Of a DNA stretch of 43,290 nt, positions 11,679 to 27,987 are shown piece by piece. The translations under genes and the position numbers were made by a program. The notes below the pieces were generated by a model. That model was not told the origin of the DNA. It made no database searches and was given only the letters and a program-made list of their open reading frames with translations. How positions within the stretch are numbered: the first letter of the stretch is position 1; each line of letters opens with the position of its first letter. Source of the stretch: Basidiobolus meristosporus CBS 931.73 (taxonomy: Eukaryota; Fungi; Basidiobolomycota); NCBI GenBank assembly GCA_002104905.1, contig MCFE01000707.1, positions 1 through 43,290 on the forward strand, written 5' to 3'.

Positions 11679-12453
11679 TTTGTTGCGAGGCTCAGGTTTA
11701 GAGTAGCAAGGTTGGTAAGAAAACAATTCTAGGACTAAGTACTAGTCGCAAGAAAAAAATATCTGAGAATTAATCAAATGATTTATGGATTAATCGATAG
11801 AACAAAGATTTGATGGTTCAGAAACCCATCTCTCGTTACCACGAACACCCCACATGCAATCCATTGTTGACTAGAAAATAAGCTTCGTAGATCTTTTCGT
11901 CGTGGATCTGCCTGAGCTTTGCGTATTGAATGCAGTTGCTCACCTGCCAACACATTTATCTTGCCCTGGCCAAACGGTGAGTGCATCCTCAGGTGTCTCT
12001 GCAGTCCGCCAGCAACCATCAAATCAATCACATGACAAATCACTTCGGAGGAGATTCATTGGTCTGGGGGAGTTGTCATGATCACTGGGAAATACTGATG
12101 AGCAACATGAAAATTTGATTTTGCCTTGCAGGTTGAACTGGTCAATTATAACAGTGCCGTTTAATAATCCTATACAATCCGCATCCACCGGGCCAGGGTT
12201 GGGCTATTCAAATAGCCTACTCCCGGGGCTACATTAGGTGACTGGTGGCTTTTCGTGATTTTGTTGGCCATCTAGGATGCATTGCCAGTGGAGGTGATCA
12301 TGATCAGGTTGGAACTAACGCGCATTTAATTGATTACTTCGACTCTAATACATATATATAGCAATAACAGCAGAGTCGGGGAAAGGATTGTAGGCGAATA
12401 TGGAATGGGTTAGAACATAAGATAGCGTAGGGATCGAAGCCGCTGGATGCTGA

Positions 12454-15442
12454 TCAACCGTCATGCGACTTTGTCCGAAGGATCTCCCGTAAAGCGGTCG
12501 GCACCGGATCACGTGTTCCTGGGCTATCCGATGATTGTGAAATTCGATCTGCTGCTTCTACTCGTTGGCAGAAGCGATGGTACAGTATTTCAGCCCGGCA
12601 AAGAGTTTCTTCAAGATCGATGTGCATAGACTGCTCATTAGCCCACTATATAGTTCGGGGATAATCAGATTCGATGGCAGGGAGGGTTGTCTACTTATGG
12701 GCATACCTTTAGGATTTCATCAAATGCTGTGCATTCCTCAAGAATGATTCTGCGGTTCTGGCTGATGATGGCAAACGCAATAAACAGATGAAAATCTCTG
12801 GAGATGTGATCTGTCCAGAGAACCTCCCATAGTCGCATTACGTCTTCATATTCAAACTCTCGTTTGAAGTATATCAGCAGCCATCTGAAGCAAAAGAATA
12901 AATTCAAGGAGTCGGACTTCTCCAGGTGCCGATACATTGGAGGGTCCATGAATCGGATTAAGCTTTCAAGCTTCCGGAGTTGCTTGTTCATTCCACTTTG
13001 GTCAGTATAGAAGTTGGCCTTCTAAATCGAATGAGGAGAGGAGGTGATTAGCTTGTCAATAGATACCTCATGCCGCATAGTGTAGCTGTATACCATTCTT
13101 TCCATGAAGTGAGCGAAACACCAAAATGTTTCAACCTCATTTTGCATTACAACAAAGAGAGGGGCAAGCAAATCACTCATCCCTTGAACATATCCTAGGT
13201 GGTAATCCGTTAGAGAGATGAAAACAGCGCAGAAACGAAGCCACCAACCTAAATCCGTATTGTAGTAGTTATAGGTGATTAAGATATGCTTCAATATTTC
13301 CAAGTTGGAGTTGGTGCCCGGAAGTCCTGTCGCTGACAAAGAGTCAAGTCCCCCATCGCTTAAGCTCTCTTCTTCCAAGAATAATGGGTTTGCCCTATCC
13401 GTGCGCAAAACATCCTTCTCTATATTCGTGATAAGGAGGAGAGGTTTATGTAAATGAGAGGATTATAAATCCTAAACTATCAAATTCGTACCAATACGAT
13501 GCTTCTGGTCTTGGAATTCAGTGTTGCTCTCCAACTCGGTATTATCGAACCACATGTTTTTCAGCCGTTTATATTCTGCTCTTGATGGTTGTAAGGAAGG
13601 TTAAAAAGTAGCCATCTAAAGAGCTTGAGAATCAAAAATACTTGTTCTCCTCGCTTATCTGTTTACGCTGAGCCTTTGTAGAATTCCAGGGATAGATCCC
13701 CAAGAGGTACTTCCATACCACAGGGCGTATCTTGTCTTCAACACCCTAACATAAGAGGTATTTTAAGCATGAAGTAACATTAGAATTGAACGTGGCTAAA
13801 TACCCCAGAGAAAATGGCACTTTTGATATCATCTTCACTCATAAGTAGGCGGCCATCATCCTTCTCTTTGGCTGGACCTTCGAAATACTTGTACCAAAGC
13901 TGAGAAGTTATAGGTGATGTTCTTAACGACTCCTTTGACACGTAGGAGAAATCCTGTCATATAAATGGCCAGGTTAAGACAGAAACTAGCAAAGCGCAAG
14001 AATTCCAGCTCATACACTGAGTACTTCAAACGTTCCAAGATCAGTCTGCTCCAAAAAATCCTCATCAACATGATATTCTGGATCATTGTCATATCTCCTA
14101 TTCCCTTTGGCTTTCTGAACAACTCCATTAGCCCACCTGGAGAGGTAGAGCTTAGCTCCCTCGTATTCCTGCATTACATCCTGTGCAGCGGGGGACGCCT
14201 CTACAATTTCAACAAAACCAGGTGGTAAAAGAGGTACCAAGGGACGTCCAAGTGGATGCTCGAGAATTTGCGCTACGAGGAGTATTAGTGGTGAAGACTA
14301 AACAAGATGCCACAGTGGATTCAAACCTGCTGAGTGTTTAGTAAATTGAGTGACCTTCGAGAATTTCTCTAGAACAGACCAAGTAAAATCATGTGCCGCC
14401 TTCAGACGTATAATATGAGTTAGAGTGGCAAAGTGTAGCATAGATGATGGAACCAAACTAACATTCTTTAGTGATTCTTTGTTCTGAAGGTCAAAAAAGC
14501 TTAGTCCTTGATTAAATAGCTGACTAGCGGTCTGCATTGGGCTATCAGATTTCCGTTGTTGTCCAGCATTGTTGCTCCCCCCTTTGTTTAGATAAAATAG
14601 ATTATGATTTGTTTTGGATCTAACAAAATGGATGGTAGTTAGTCGTGCTGTTGTTGGCTTGAGGTGAAAATAGATTGACTTACTCAGTTAAGTTTCCCAA
14701 TTGGCAGAGCCACGCCAAGACTTCATCACCACCCCACAACTTAGCATCCGCTTGTTCATTATGAAACCAAAGAGGAGGCAGGGATTCATCATTCAGGGAT
14801 ATAACGAGTGACCCGTATTGAACAGCGCTAGTGGGTGGTTGAATCAAGACAGACTCGATTTGCCGAATATCCACCCAACAGGAAAAATCCGAGGTCGAAG
14901 TTGATTCTGGAGTTGTGTACCGCTTAGGAGATGGAATATAAACTTCAGCTACGGCGTTGATAAGGATATTTAGTGAGACAAAGCCTTGAGGATATGGCTG
15001 GTCAAGTTTGACTTACGTTTTAGTATTGTTTTACTGGCCACTTCAACGATCTGGACCTTGGGCATTTTTTCCACCGCCTGGTAGCTCTCACGGCGTTCCT
15101 TGGGGATTAGGTGTTCGGGAGCCCAACTTAATGCATATTCCCCAGTACCCTTAGCAGGATATCAGCATGCCGTTGAAACAGCAAAGTAAAAATGGTGTGA
15201 CTGACCTCTTCTACAAGGCTCAAATATCCCCTTATCTTGTCTTTGGGAGATCCCGAGTTGTATATGTAGACATTTGTCTTGCAGAAGAGAAGCCCAATCT
15301 TCGGAACGCCCTTCGTAACCTCCTGGTAAGAAATAGACATAAGCAGCTGTGAAGGATGAGGCTAACAGAATAGTTTACTGACTGAGACTTCAGATAGCTG
15401 TAGGACATCCCAATCATTTTCATTGGGATCTAGTTTTGACAT
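12454..15442 (-). CDS. GYP7: TBC-domain Rab GTPase-activating protein, Gyp7/TBC1D15-like, multi-exon
   Basis: TBC motifs RTDR, YNYYNTDLG|YVQGMSDLLAPLFVVM, FWCFAHFM and LFFCFRWLLIYFKREF. N-terminal LLFCKTNVYI and PPLWFH blocks. ATG 15442 and final exon WANEQSMHIDL..SHDG* (TGA 12454-12456) are inferred. Confidence 0.88.
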
Positions 15443-16427
15443 CTTCAGAAGATACAAGAAGCTGTGGCTCTAAAAATTCGAAGTTGTTGCTTTCTTGCGT
15501 ATTTTGTAGTTGAAAACAACGTACTAGGCTTCATATGTGACGTGCAGATAGGCCTTAGGGACATTTGTAGTGTTTGATGTCATCCATTGTAGCTCATCCT
15601 CACGTGAAACATCATCAATTCTTGACATATCACATTCGACATTGTGCAACTTCTGAATGTCATTTCTGCATAGTTAGTAGCACAAGGAAATCCTATTTTT
15701 GAAATAGGATTGTCAATTTAGATGTACGAGAGCCACTAGAAATTAGGGTTTTGTTCCAGAATGTATTTAATGAGTGAATTAGTTCATTGGTGTTGTCCTT
15801 GGTAATAAGATGATGGGATTGCCTCAAGGCTGAATCATACAGAATGGTTTGATTTGCTGGTATATTCGAGAGGATATGGTGCCAGAACACGATCCACCAG
15901 GCGCTGAAGGAATTGGACTTGGTGTTGTTCAGATGAATGCGGCTATTCCATTCTTGCACCATGTATGATGAGTATAATAGTGCACATCCAATCGATTGGA
16001 CTCATAACTTGGGGCATGGGTCCACGTATCTGAATTTAGGGGAGTCAAAGAATAATGCTGCTCTTGGATTATTGGGTCGTGGAGTCATATACCTATTACC
16101 ATCGACCACTCGTTGTGGTTACTCAAAGTTCTACTGTATAAAGGGAGCGGGACATTGCCGATAGCTCCAGTATCTGGGATATCAAAGGTAGTTACACAGA
16201 CAAGCTCAAATGACCAGGGTTGTTTAAAATGGCTAAGCATCCAGGTATGAATGCAATTAGTTCAAGTATAAACATAGCTCTCACATCCAGCCACTCAAAA
16301 GACTGTTGATTCAGGGTCAATCAAAATAATTGGGTAATCTGTGAAGTGATATGAAGCGTGTAATGAGCATTCATTTAAAAGACTGGATGGACGGCTTCGT
16401 CGTCAATCAAGAGCATCTTAATACGAA

Positions 16428-17351
16428 ATGAACGAAACTGACTCCATTGTTGCCCAAATATCAACGAGCTTTGTCAATTCCCCAGATGTGGAATGGGGTC
16501 CTTACCTCCCGATTTCCATTGTTACGACCTTACACGCTGCTCGAATCGCATTTGACCTGAGGAAAGCGCTCCCAAAGAATGAGCAGACTCCCTTGCTCCA
16601 AGGCTTGTTTGCCTTCTATACATTGTCTTTTGGAGGGACAACCACCTCTGGTAAGCAAAAATAACCCAGTTTGAAGATAAATTTTAACGCCTCTCTGCGC
16701 AGCTTTACTATTGGCAAATCCTCCTGGTTGGTTGGCTTCGAACGCCCTTCTTCCCATATACACGTAAGATTACGGTGTTGAGATTTCGATGCACTATCCA
16801 ATACTCACGAATGTATCAACTTCAGCCTGATTTATCTTGCCATATTCAAGAGTCCATTTGATGTTGTCTTCCAGCTGCTGAATTTTCTTGGTCCGCTTAC
16901 TGAGCTTGTTCTCAGTATCGGGGATTGTATATCATGCACCTTTGCCATCACCAGTATGGGTGTCGAGGCAACTCGGCTTAGTAGTAACAAGTATATCGCG
17001 AGTTCGTATGTGGGTATGCTAATTTGTGGTACTTTATCTGGCTGTGGCGGAGGCATCTTTACCGATGCCTTCCAGCTGACCCGGCGTGTCTGGGCTTTTC
17101 GAACTCCTGCAGTTTACTCAGCACTAGGCTCGGACATGAAAGTATGCTTTAGTATCACATCACTCTACGTGTTTACTACATCGCCTTTCGCTTTTGCTAA
17201 ATATTTGGGTCTTGACGCGGCATGGTTTCCACTACTCTCGGCACACGAGGCCAAAACTGTGTGCTGCTCTGTTCTGCTTGGGACCATGCTCTATCGAAAA
17301 TGCTTCTCACCTTCAACCGACCTGAAAACCCAAAAGATGAAAGCCCATTGA
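16428..17351 (+). CDS. TRIC/TMEM38-like (UPF0126 repeat) integral membrane protein; two introns
   Basis: Spliced product with repeated glycine motifs SFGGTTTS-ALLLANPPGWL and GTLSGCGGGIF plus hydrophobic helices. Introns GTAAGC..CGCAG and GTAAGA..TTCAG. Confidence 0.65.
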
Positions 17352-17744
17352 GCATACTAGCCAGTCCCTCGGCCCCCCTCTTTAGCGGAAGACTTATATC
17401 CAGTGACCTATTCTGTTAAGAGTTCCTACCCAATGAGAGACTTGGTTAACTCACCATTATACCTATCATTACGGCAAAATGGTTATGTAATGTCAGTAAT
17501 TTGTGACCAGTTTGACATACGCGTCTACTGAAAGATCACGTGAGTCGTCCATGAAAGATACCATATAAAGAAAACTGTCCAATTGCTCTGTCAAAATTCC
17601 TGGATGTATCTGATTGATACTTATTATGAAGTAGTTTCCATGTCTCAGTAAGATCAGATCAGCATAATTTTACGGCATTGAAAGCGTGTATTTTAATCGT
17701 CAAATCTCCAAATACTCCCAACACTATTCTTGACTCTTGTTAAT

Positions 17745-20060
<2,316 letters not shown>

Positions 20061-20625
20061 GCAGTGGATATGTTAGGAGTGAAAGACAATTTCCAATGTA
20101 CCATTGGAGATGGAATCACATATACATCTTGGGAATGTACAACTTGGAATAGAATTTTATGTCAGACCTTATTTATGTGCAGATGCACATCAGCGGGGAA
20201 GGCCAATGCCACAAACTCCCTCCTTCCTATCATTCCCTGTTGCAGTGCCTGCTTTGGCCGATATTCTTCGTTTCTCATCCCATTCCTTGTGCCGTGAATT
20301 TTATGTTGAATTGTGTGCGTAATAAAATGCCTTCCTTTCAAATAATGCTGCTTTACCATGATATATATGCCCGCTACCCTTGAGCCTCCCGCGTAGATAA
20401 GGCCAGCATGGCCCGGTGTTACTTTAATAAGCGATGAGATGAGCGAAAGAATGAGGAAAATCGATATTTCATCAAAATAGAATTTGAATCAACAAAAAAT
20501 ACAAAATCCTATATATATATACATGTTGGATGCGATGGTTCCGCAATGGAGATCAAATAAGATGACGGGTAGATAGGTATGGCATCGTGCGTCGTAGGTG
20601 GCATCAAACTGGCTCACAGGAATAC

Positions 20626-22809
20626 CTAAAGACAATAGCGCTCTGCACTGTCGATCAAATTCTCGAACTCCTTGAGGAACTGCAAAAGGCAAACTAGGTT
20701 ACGGACGATCAAGAGGTTGTGTGACCAAACCGTCTTATCTCTTACCATTGTCGTTAAATTCCTCTTTTCTAAATGCTTGATGATCTCGGAGCTAGAAGCA
20801 GCGCGCAAATTTCTTCCCAGGCCTTTGATGTTCTGAAGGATTCTCTGGAAAGCTTGGAATTTGAAGTGATGAAGTTGGTGGAATATGCGAGATCGCTGAT
20901 GACAATTTCTGCCTAGAAGATACACTGGAACGTCCGCTTCAAATTGGATACTTTCTGGTTCGAATGAAGTGTAGCAAAGGTCAAGCTCGGGATCACCAAA
21001 CTCGCTATCATTCTCTAGTAACTAGATTCCGGTTAGTATTGGTCAGCATGAAGTGATAATTTGACCAAGTAATCATCACATACTGCAAGCGTTCTGCGGT
21101 CATATTCAGGCCCAAGCAAGTTAACACGAACAGATATGGTTCTCATTCTCATGCAACCGGTACAACGAGTGTGCTCGCTTGGGATGTGTTGCGAAACATA
21201 AACGGGGCATCGTTTGAGGTCATCCTGTGTTGGTAGATGTTAGGTCAGTCAGTGTTAAATAAAATCTCTAGCTTTATCACGGCTATACCGTAAACTCTTG
21301 GGACCATCCTTGGCTGATTGCCAAGCTATTGCCATACATGTCCAACCGCTTCTCAACCTGTACAACCGAATCTTTCAGAAGACTCTCTACACAATTGAAA
21401 TGTCAATATAGATTCAGATTCGAGGGATTTAGCCTCAATTACCTTGATCGTGGGGTAAGCTCTCTAGATTTAGCCCTTGATATATTAGATAATGGACGAA
21501 TTGCTGGAACGCTGTGTTGAAGTCCTGGCATTTTGACAAGCTAAACTCATCTGCGAGCAATCACTGGTTACTAAAATATACATATATCCATTGTAAGAAT
21601 GCTGCTTACCTGGTAGTTGGATCATTTCTTCTACCGATTCGTCATCAGCAATGAAATCGTCTAACTCGGATGTTGTTTCTTCAAAAGATTCTATATCGGA
21701 TTCGAGTAAAGCTTCTTCCATATCATACCCTGGGTCATGAACATTCTCTGTAATCGTACGCACGTTAGTAGAGAAATGTTAAGCGATGTTGTCGCGTACT
21801 TGTTACCTTTGGCTTTTTCGAATAGGGTTCTGTATTTCGAAACCGCGGTGTTCTTCTCTCTAGTCCTACTAGGCAAAATCACTTTGGAAAAGGTCTTTAG
21901 TCAATGGCCATTCACCTGTGATTCACTCGCCAACATCAAGTACACCTACCGTTTCTTTTCAAATGAGCCATCTCTTCCTGCTCGATCACATCCTCCTCCA
22001 GTTTCTTTTTCTGCAACAGACGTTTTCGACGCGGGGTATCAGGGTTTCGCGTCTCCTCTTCTTCCGATGATGTATCGATCCTTCTTAGGTTTCTTTTCCT
22101 AGGTGTTGTGACTTGTCGCACTTCGGAATCGGAATTTTCACTGTCATGTTCGAATATGAAACTTTTCTTTCGATGCTTTCGTGGCGTGTGTATTATCTCG
22201 TCCCTTTCGGAGTCCTCAGCTTCGACTGCCCATTTATGATCTTTAATATCGTGATTGTCGTGCGCATTTTGATCACTTGATATTGATGTCGGATATTCCT
22301 TTTGGGTGCCCGGAGATTCTTGAAGATTGATTTTGGCTTTATTAGGAGGGATTTTTTCCAAATACCTCACCGAGTTATATATTCCAATGTCCGATTCCCC
22401 GCTACTAACATCGTGAATGACAAGCGTTTTTGGATAGGAACGACGTTCCGGAAGTTTGTCATGTTCTGGCGAATGGTCTTTGGGATTCAATGGCCTCAGA
22501 CTATTGACAGTGTCGGTCGGCTCTACATGGCAAGAGCTATATTCGCCATCACTTAGTTGCTCCTGGTATTCCGCAAGCTCACTAAAATCCAACACCGGAA
22601 AACTTGTACCGTGTAAGTGGGATGAGTAACTGTTTAGTAGGGGGCGTGTATGCACTACGAGAAAGGGAAGGGGAAACTAACGTTGGAGAATCCGCATTTC
22701 GATACGTCTTTTGCACCTCCTCATACAGCTCGGCCGGAGTTGAAGCCACAGAGCTCGGCACGCATTCCGGGTCGTAAAAGCTTGCTCTGTGTTGAATAAG
22801 GTTGGCCAT
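20626..22809 (-). CDS. DUF4211/CCDC82-like protein with long acidic/basic disordered N-terminus, multi-exon
   Basis: Low-complexity exons (TPRKR repeats, DDFIADDE), then PDEFSL..FQQFVHYLI, RCTGC and LLGRNCHQRSRIFHQLHHFKF. Family assignment is from recalled motif pattern only. Confidence 0.6.
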
Positions 22810-23567
22810 GGGTATCAGGAATCGAAAAACCAACTGAGCATTCCAATATCGATAAGGCCTTACCTTGAAATAGGAGACTGTAAGATTTCAACCACCGGGA
22901 TTAGCCGGCGTGTTTTGGGAAGCCAGGTAGTCTCCTTAGTCAAACTGGAGGAGCTATTCTTACGCGCACTTTTCATTTTACCCATGTTCTGTTTATATGG
23001 ATACCAGAATGCACACCAAATAAACGAAAAAGATACAAGGCTAGTTGCACAGGACCTTCAATGTGCAGTGGTGGCGGTGGTGGTGTGTTCTTCGGGCAAC
23101 AATCTGAAGTATCAGTGCCTTACTACCCTTACCGCTGTATTTATTTATTTATTTGTTTCAATCAATGAATCCAAACTAGTGTCATGCATGAATCACGAAG
23201 TATAAACAGTATAAGTGACGTATTCGAGTTGCCGCAGCAGGGATCAAAATAAAATAGCGATCAGCCAAGGATGTTGGTAGCTCGCGCTTTATTGAGGGTA
23301 TACTGACGAATTAAAGGTTGCGAAGTGGAAGGAGACATTAGTTTCAACAGAAGGTGGGTATTTGAACGAGTTTACGATGACAGGGAATCAGGTAAGTGAT
23401 ATGAGCTCTAAGATAAAATCAAAATCATGAGGGATGGAATGCTGAGGGATGAGTTCTGTTCAGTCAGTCAATATACATACGAATTAGAATACATTGGATA
23501 ATCACCAGAACGGCTTGAATATCTGAAGGCAGCCTCACTCTTGAGGAGCAAGGAGGTCGGCTGCGAT

Positions 23568-25140
23568 TTAAGCAAACTTCAGCTCTAATAGGGCGAGAAG
23601 CATGTCTTGTAACACATGTATGATCACCAAGATCATGACCACAACGATCTCCGGATACCGTAGGAAATCCTGGGCTGCTTCCCGTGTAATGCTATGCTTG
23701 TAGAAGTGCTTAAAACTCAGTCTAGTGAAGTAGGATGAGATGATTTCACATCCCCAGACGAAAGTGCTGGCCCACAGCGTCTTTTCCAGGGTGTAAGTAG
23801 CATCCTCGCTCTTTTTGAATTGTAGATACGGATATAACTTGGCGTTCGGTCCAAAGTTCAGGATGATCACCCAGCCAAGGAATGCCAACATGGTGACATT
23901 TTCCGCGATGTTTCGAATAAAAAACGCTCTACCAACATTCTTGATGTACTCCTCGTAGCTACGCTCCATCCCGAAGTAACGCACCAGGATTCGGTGGAAA
24001 AATTTGGACATTCGAAACGGATAATTGACCACAACCCATATTGAAGAGGACAATTGGATCAAGACAACTTGGTCGATAGATCGAAGGCGAGCAAACAAGT
24101 TGCGGTAAAATATGAAGTATATCATATAGAAGTAGAGTCGAAATATATAGCACAGTGCCCAAGAACGAATTCTAGTCTCCACTATGTATTCGGTGATCCA
24201 ATCAAGCGTATACACAGTAATAACCCAGGTGTATATGTAGATTACGTTGGCAATTGAAGAGCGCGAGTGTGTATCGATAAACCAGTGGGCATAGGCCTCA
24301 CCAAGTATGAATCCAAGTAATGTCATGATTAGAGTGACGCAAAACCACAAGTATCGACGATAAGAAGAGGGCATCCGCGAGTCCACCTCATGCAAGAAGG
24401 TTCTTTGAGCGACAGTCAGTGATTTTCGGAACCGGTCTCTCTGTTGCGAACGTAGTAGTATCAAAGCGGCCACCATCGGCAAGGCCATGGTCAAGAAGGT
24501 GAGCAACACCCACGTCATACGGTATTGCTCCAATCCGGTAAAATAATAAATTATAGTCCCAATCCCGGTTGAAAATAGCCAGGAGACTATATAGGATAGA
24601 ACACCGCCCACAGAACGAGGCCACCAATTGAGGGAGTATAATATGAATACTTGTGTTATGAAGATCAAAGCAATCGCATTGTAAAAGCCATAATAATAGA
24701 ATAAGAAGAACCAAAAGTTCATCTCTGTTCCATCATCAACCCTGATAGCCTCTCCTTCGACTTTAAGTACAGGAAGGGGGACCGCACACCACAGAAGTGT
24801 CTACAAGAACAGCAATAAGTAAGTGTGAGACTACATAGTGTACTGCTAGGAGTAGGCGCAAAACAAAACTTACAACGACCACTGGAAAGATAACCAATAT
24901 AAGAAATCTCCTCCACATGGAGTTTGTCCAGCCAGCCAACCGGCGATAGAAGGTAAGCTTACCGTCGGTGGTAGTTATGGCCAATAAAGGATTGGTTTCG
25001 CCGAAGCCTCCGTCAGAAGTAATGGATATAGAACGGTTCCTGGTGGTTGGGACCCGGGTCTGTCGAAAAGTGAGCATGTCGTCCCATCTTGGCATATAGT
25101 CATTTTCTAGGTCGTCAATGGAGTTCTGAGTGTAGTGCAT
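23568..25140 (-). CDS. Conserved fungal multi-pass membrane protein of unknown function; one intron (24801-24873)
   Basis: Splicing GTAAGT..TTGTAG joins ..IFPVVV|TLLWCAVPLP.. in frame to the 384-aa ORF (NFWFFLFYYYGFYNAIAL..RNIAENVTMLAFLGW), which has many TM segments. Confidence 0.85.
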
Positions 25141-27987
25141 TTATTCCAGATTAAACGATTTTACATCACAAACTTAGGCACCGAAGCATAAGAGGCTGTT
25201 CCCCGAATAGTTAAGAACGGGTTCGAGAGAGATGTAAAACAGCAAAAGTGTAATAAAGGACTTTTTTAAGAAGGCGAGAGAGAAATGGACTGGCTTCAAA
25301 GTTGTCAACAATACACAACTTATTTCAGGAATGTTGCTCGCTCTTCATATAGGCAAATTTATAGACTCCAATAGCCATAATTTGCCACTTAATAGATTTG
25401 AATGAATTTCTATAACATTAGCCGACCTAATATATGCCGGAAAACAATAATACTCGATATTTAAGGATGGCAAAGCTCCACGATGGTCGTATCTAATGGG
25501 GGAGATATATTGGCTATCTTCCGATGAGCATCACAGAATTCCAACACGGGAATGAAGATACAAGATCCACATTGGAAACGCTGGAATGCAGCACTCATGT
25601 CAGACAGAACTCCTAATCGGGAAAGTAATGACGAAGTAGACCAGTAATAACATCTGTTGGTAGCCCAAAATGATATCTGAGGACTGATGAAGTGAATTCA
25701 GACTGGCTCATGTAACGTCCTCATCATTGAGTATCGGTTAAGGATTTGCACCCAATCGCTAACACATAACCTTACATCGCTGTCCCTGCCAGCCTTATGA
25801 ATCAACCCAGCCGCTAATTGGTAGGCAGATGCAACTACCGGAATTTGGAAGAACGATTAGGAAGCTCCAGGGCCATCACGCTATCGAGCGTGCAAGTCAC
25901 AGGCGTATTGCCCCTGTGGTTGTCAACATGCTGGAATGGAGCCACCTCCTAGGTTTACCAACGTTGTTTAAGTTTATCACATGACGCAACCCAGGCAATC
26001 AAGGCGAGAATGACTTTGCTCCCTTCAATACAATCAACTCCGGAACCTGAGCCCCGTCAATGAAATCAAAGGCACATGCAACGCTCCCACCTGGGCCTAA
26101 GATGGTTTATCATCCAGGGAACCTGCGTCCGGGATGTGGATCTCCAGCTTATTTTTTCGGTGCAAGCTATCTTCAGTATCATATCACATACATGGCTGTA
26201 TGGATGTTCATTAAACTGTAATGTGTGTAGTCCAGGTTGAGCTGTACGTTTTCATTGGATGTAACACTCCAAAATGCAGTTCAATTTTCCACTATCAGGA
26301 AATGTGTCTCAAACGGATTGAACAACTGTAGGGAGCCATGGGTTGATAGCCCATGCTTTGTATGTTTATATCAGGCCCCTTCAATTGATCACATGAGCAT
26401 TTTGCCGTGGTACACATGACTGGTCGAAGGCTTCCAAATCATCAATCAGCTACCATTGTCCCAATACCAACTCTGAGGACTGACATGTCCACCAACATTA
26501 CCGTCCAACTCTGCGAGGAGCACCTAGAAAAGTCATTCTGTAGGCTGCACTAGAGCCAAGTCCTGGAAAATGGGATGTCTATTATTATCATACTTATGTG
26601 GATCGGGTCTCGCGCTTGAACATAAATTGGGATCGTGCATTGATATCCATCGTCGCTGCAATATAAGTAGTTTTCTAGATCCCAGCTAAATATTGGCTGG
26701 CAGGATTTCACACTTGAATGATACAAGTTTGATCGAAGGTGAGAAATGATTTGATTTACTTGCATGTGGTACAAGAAGTGCTGAGACGTGCAAGTGTCGA
26801 AATGTATGAGTCCAAGGGGTTCCTGAGTAGAAAACAGCTGGGTGTACCTTTATTGACACTTGAGACCAGTTTGGCGAGCTTGGGCTGATATTTTGCTACC
26901 CCAGCACTTAATCGCTTCAGCATATCAAAAGCGATACTATTTAACCTGATTCACAACGTCCATTTGTGACTCGTTTGGACAAGCTTAGCGTGAAAATACA
27001 GGCATACTTACCATTTACTATGGTATTCATAAGCTCAATAAACAAGTCAAGAATGTTACACGACAATGGTAAACCTGAGGAGAGCATGCACAAATGTTTA
27101 ATTAATCTATTCTGCCAACGATGTGATGTAAGAATATCTCCCCGATTTACCAAGGCATATAACGAAATAATTGCCTACTGACAATACGATGTGTATTCTC
27201 TGCCAAATACAATGAGGCTGCAAATATCCTCTCATACGCTGCCTAGATGCACTCTAGAGCTCCAAATGAACTCACCAAACCATTAACATCAATTGATTGT
27301 TTGATCTTACAAAAGGTTCCTTGAATAATCTTCATCGGAGCAACCTTTTTGCAGTGTAAGGGTAAAGACTTATTATTGCTTCTGATCAGGGATAGTGATG
27401 ATCTGCTTTTTTTGGGCAGCAACACAGTTTGACAAGACGTACTGCATTGATTATGCCTTACCTTGAGCAGCACTAGGCGATAAGAAAGATATGATCAATA
27501 AGTAGCGAGCTAGTGAGATAGATACCATAAGAACAACCTGATCCAACAAGTAAGCCGAGTTACATTGTAGAGATGACATTCATCATACCAGCATAGTTAG
27601 AAGTTGTTACCCGAGACAACCTACCATAAGCAGAATATACTCATGTTTATAACTAGTTCTCATGGAGTATGTTGGTAAATAAAAACCAACAAGGCCATCG
27701 TATTTCTATTTGCGACATTGACCGGGCTTTAATCAAAGCAGCTTTGACAGATGGGTGAATCAAGTTGATTTTGACATTGATTGAACAGTTACATGGTTAA
27801 AAATACATGGCACACGTGTCGGTGACAAGAGTTAAGAATGGCATAGGGGTGGAATTGCATGGAGTAGAAGATTAGGGCTAACGGACACATGTATAAAATA
27901 GGAGATTATCAGTAGAACTGATAGAGAATTTACAATGGTGGTATCAAACCACCATTGAGCGGTAACAAGCATGTTGCTATCATCACT

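Noticed and set aside
12222-12236. CGGGGCTACATT resembling the RNase MRP 3' conserved region
   Set aside because: No upstream GAAAGUCCCC-like conserved region.
12295-12330. AGG-TTG-GAAC-TAA-CGC resembling SRP RNA helix 8
   Set aside because: The loop is not GNRA, the flanking stem does not pair, and no Alu domain is found.
15964-16033. ATGATGA..CTGA box C/D-like spacing
   Set aside because: No terminal stem and no rRNA-complementary guide that I could recognise.
25200-27900. Gene-poor stretch with short ORFs (for example 26966-27181, 27243-27473)
   Set aside because: No recognisable domains; a vague gypsy-RT resemblance was not supportable.
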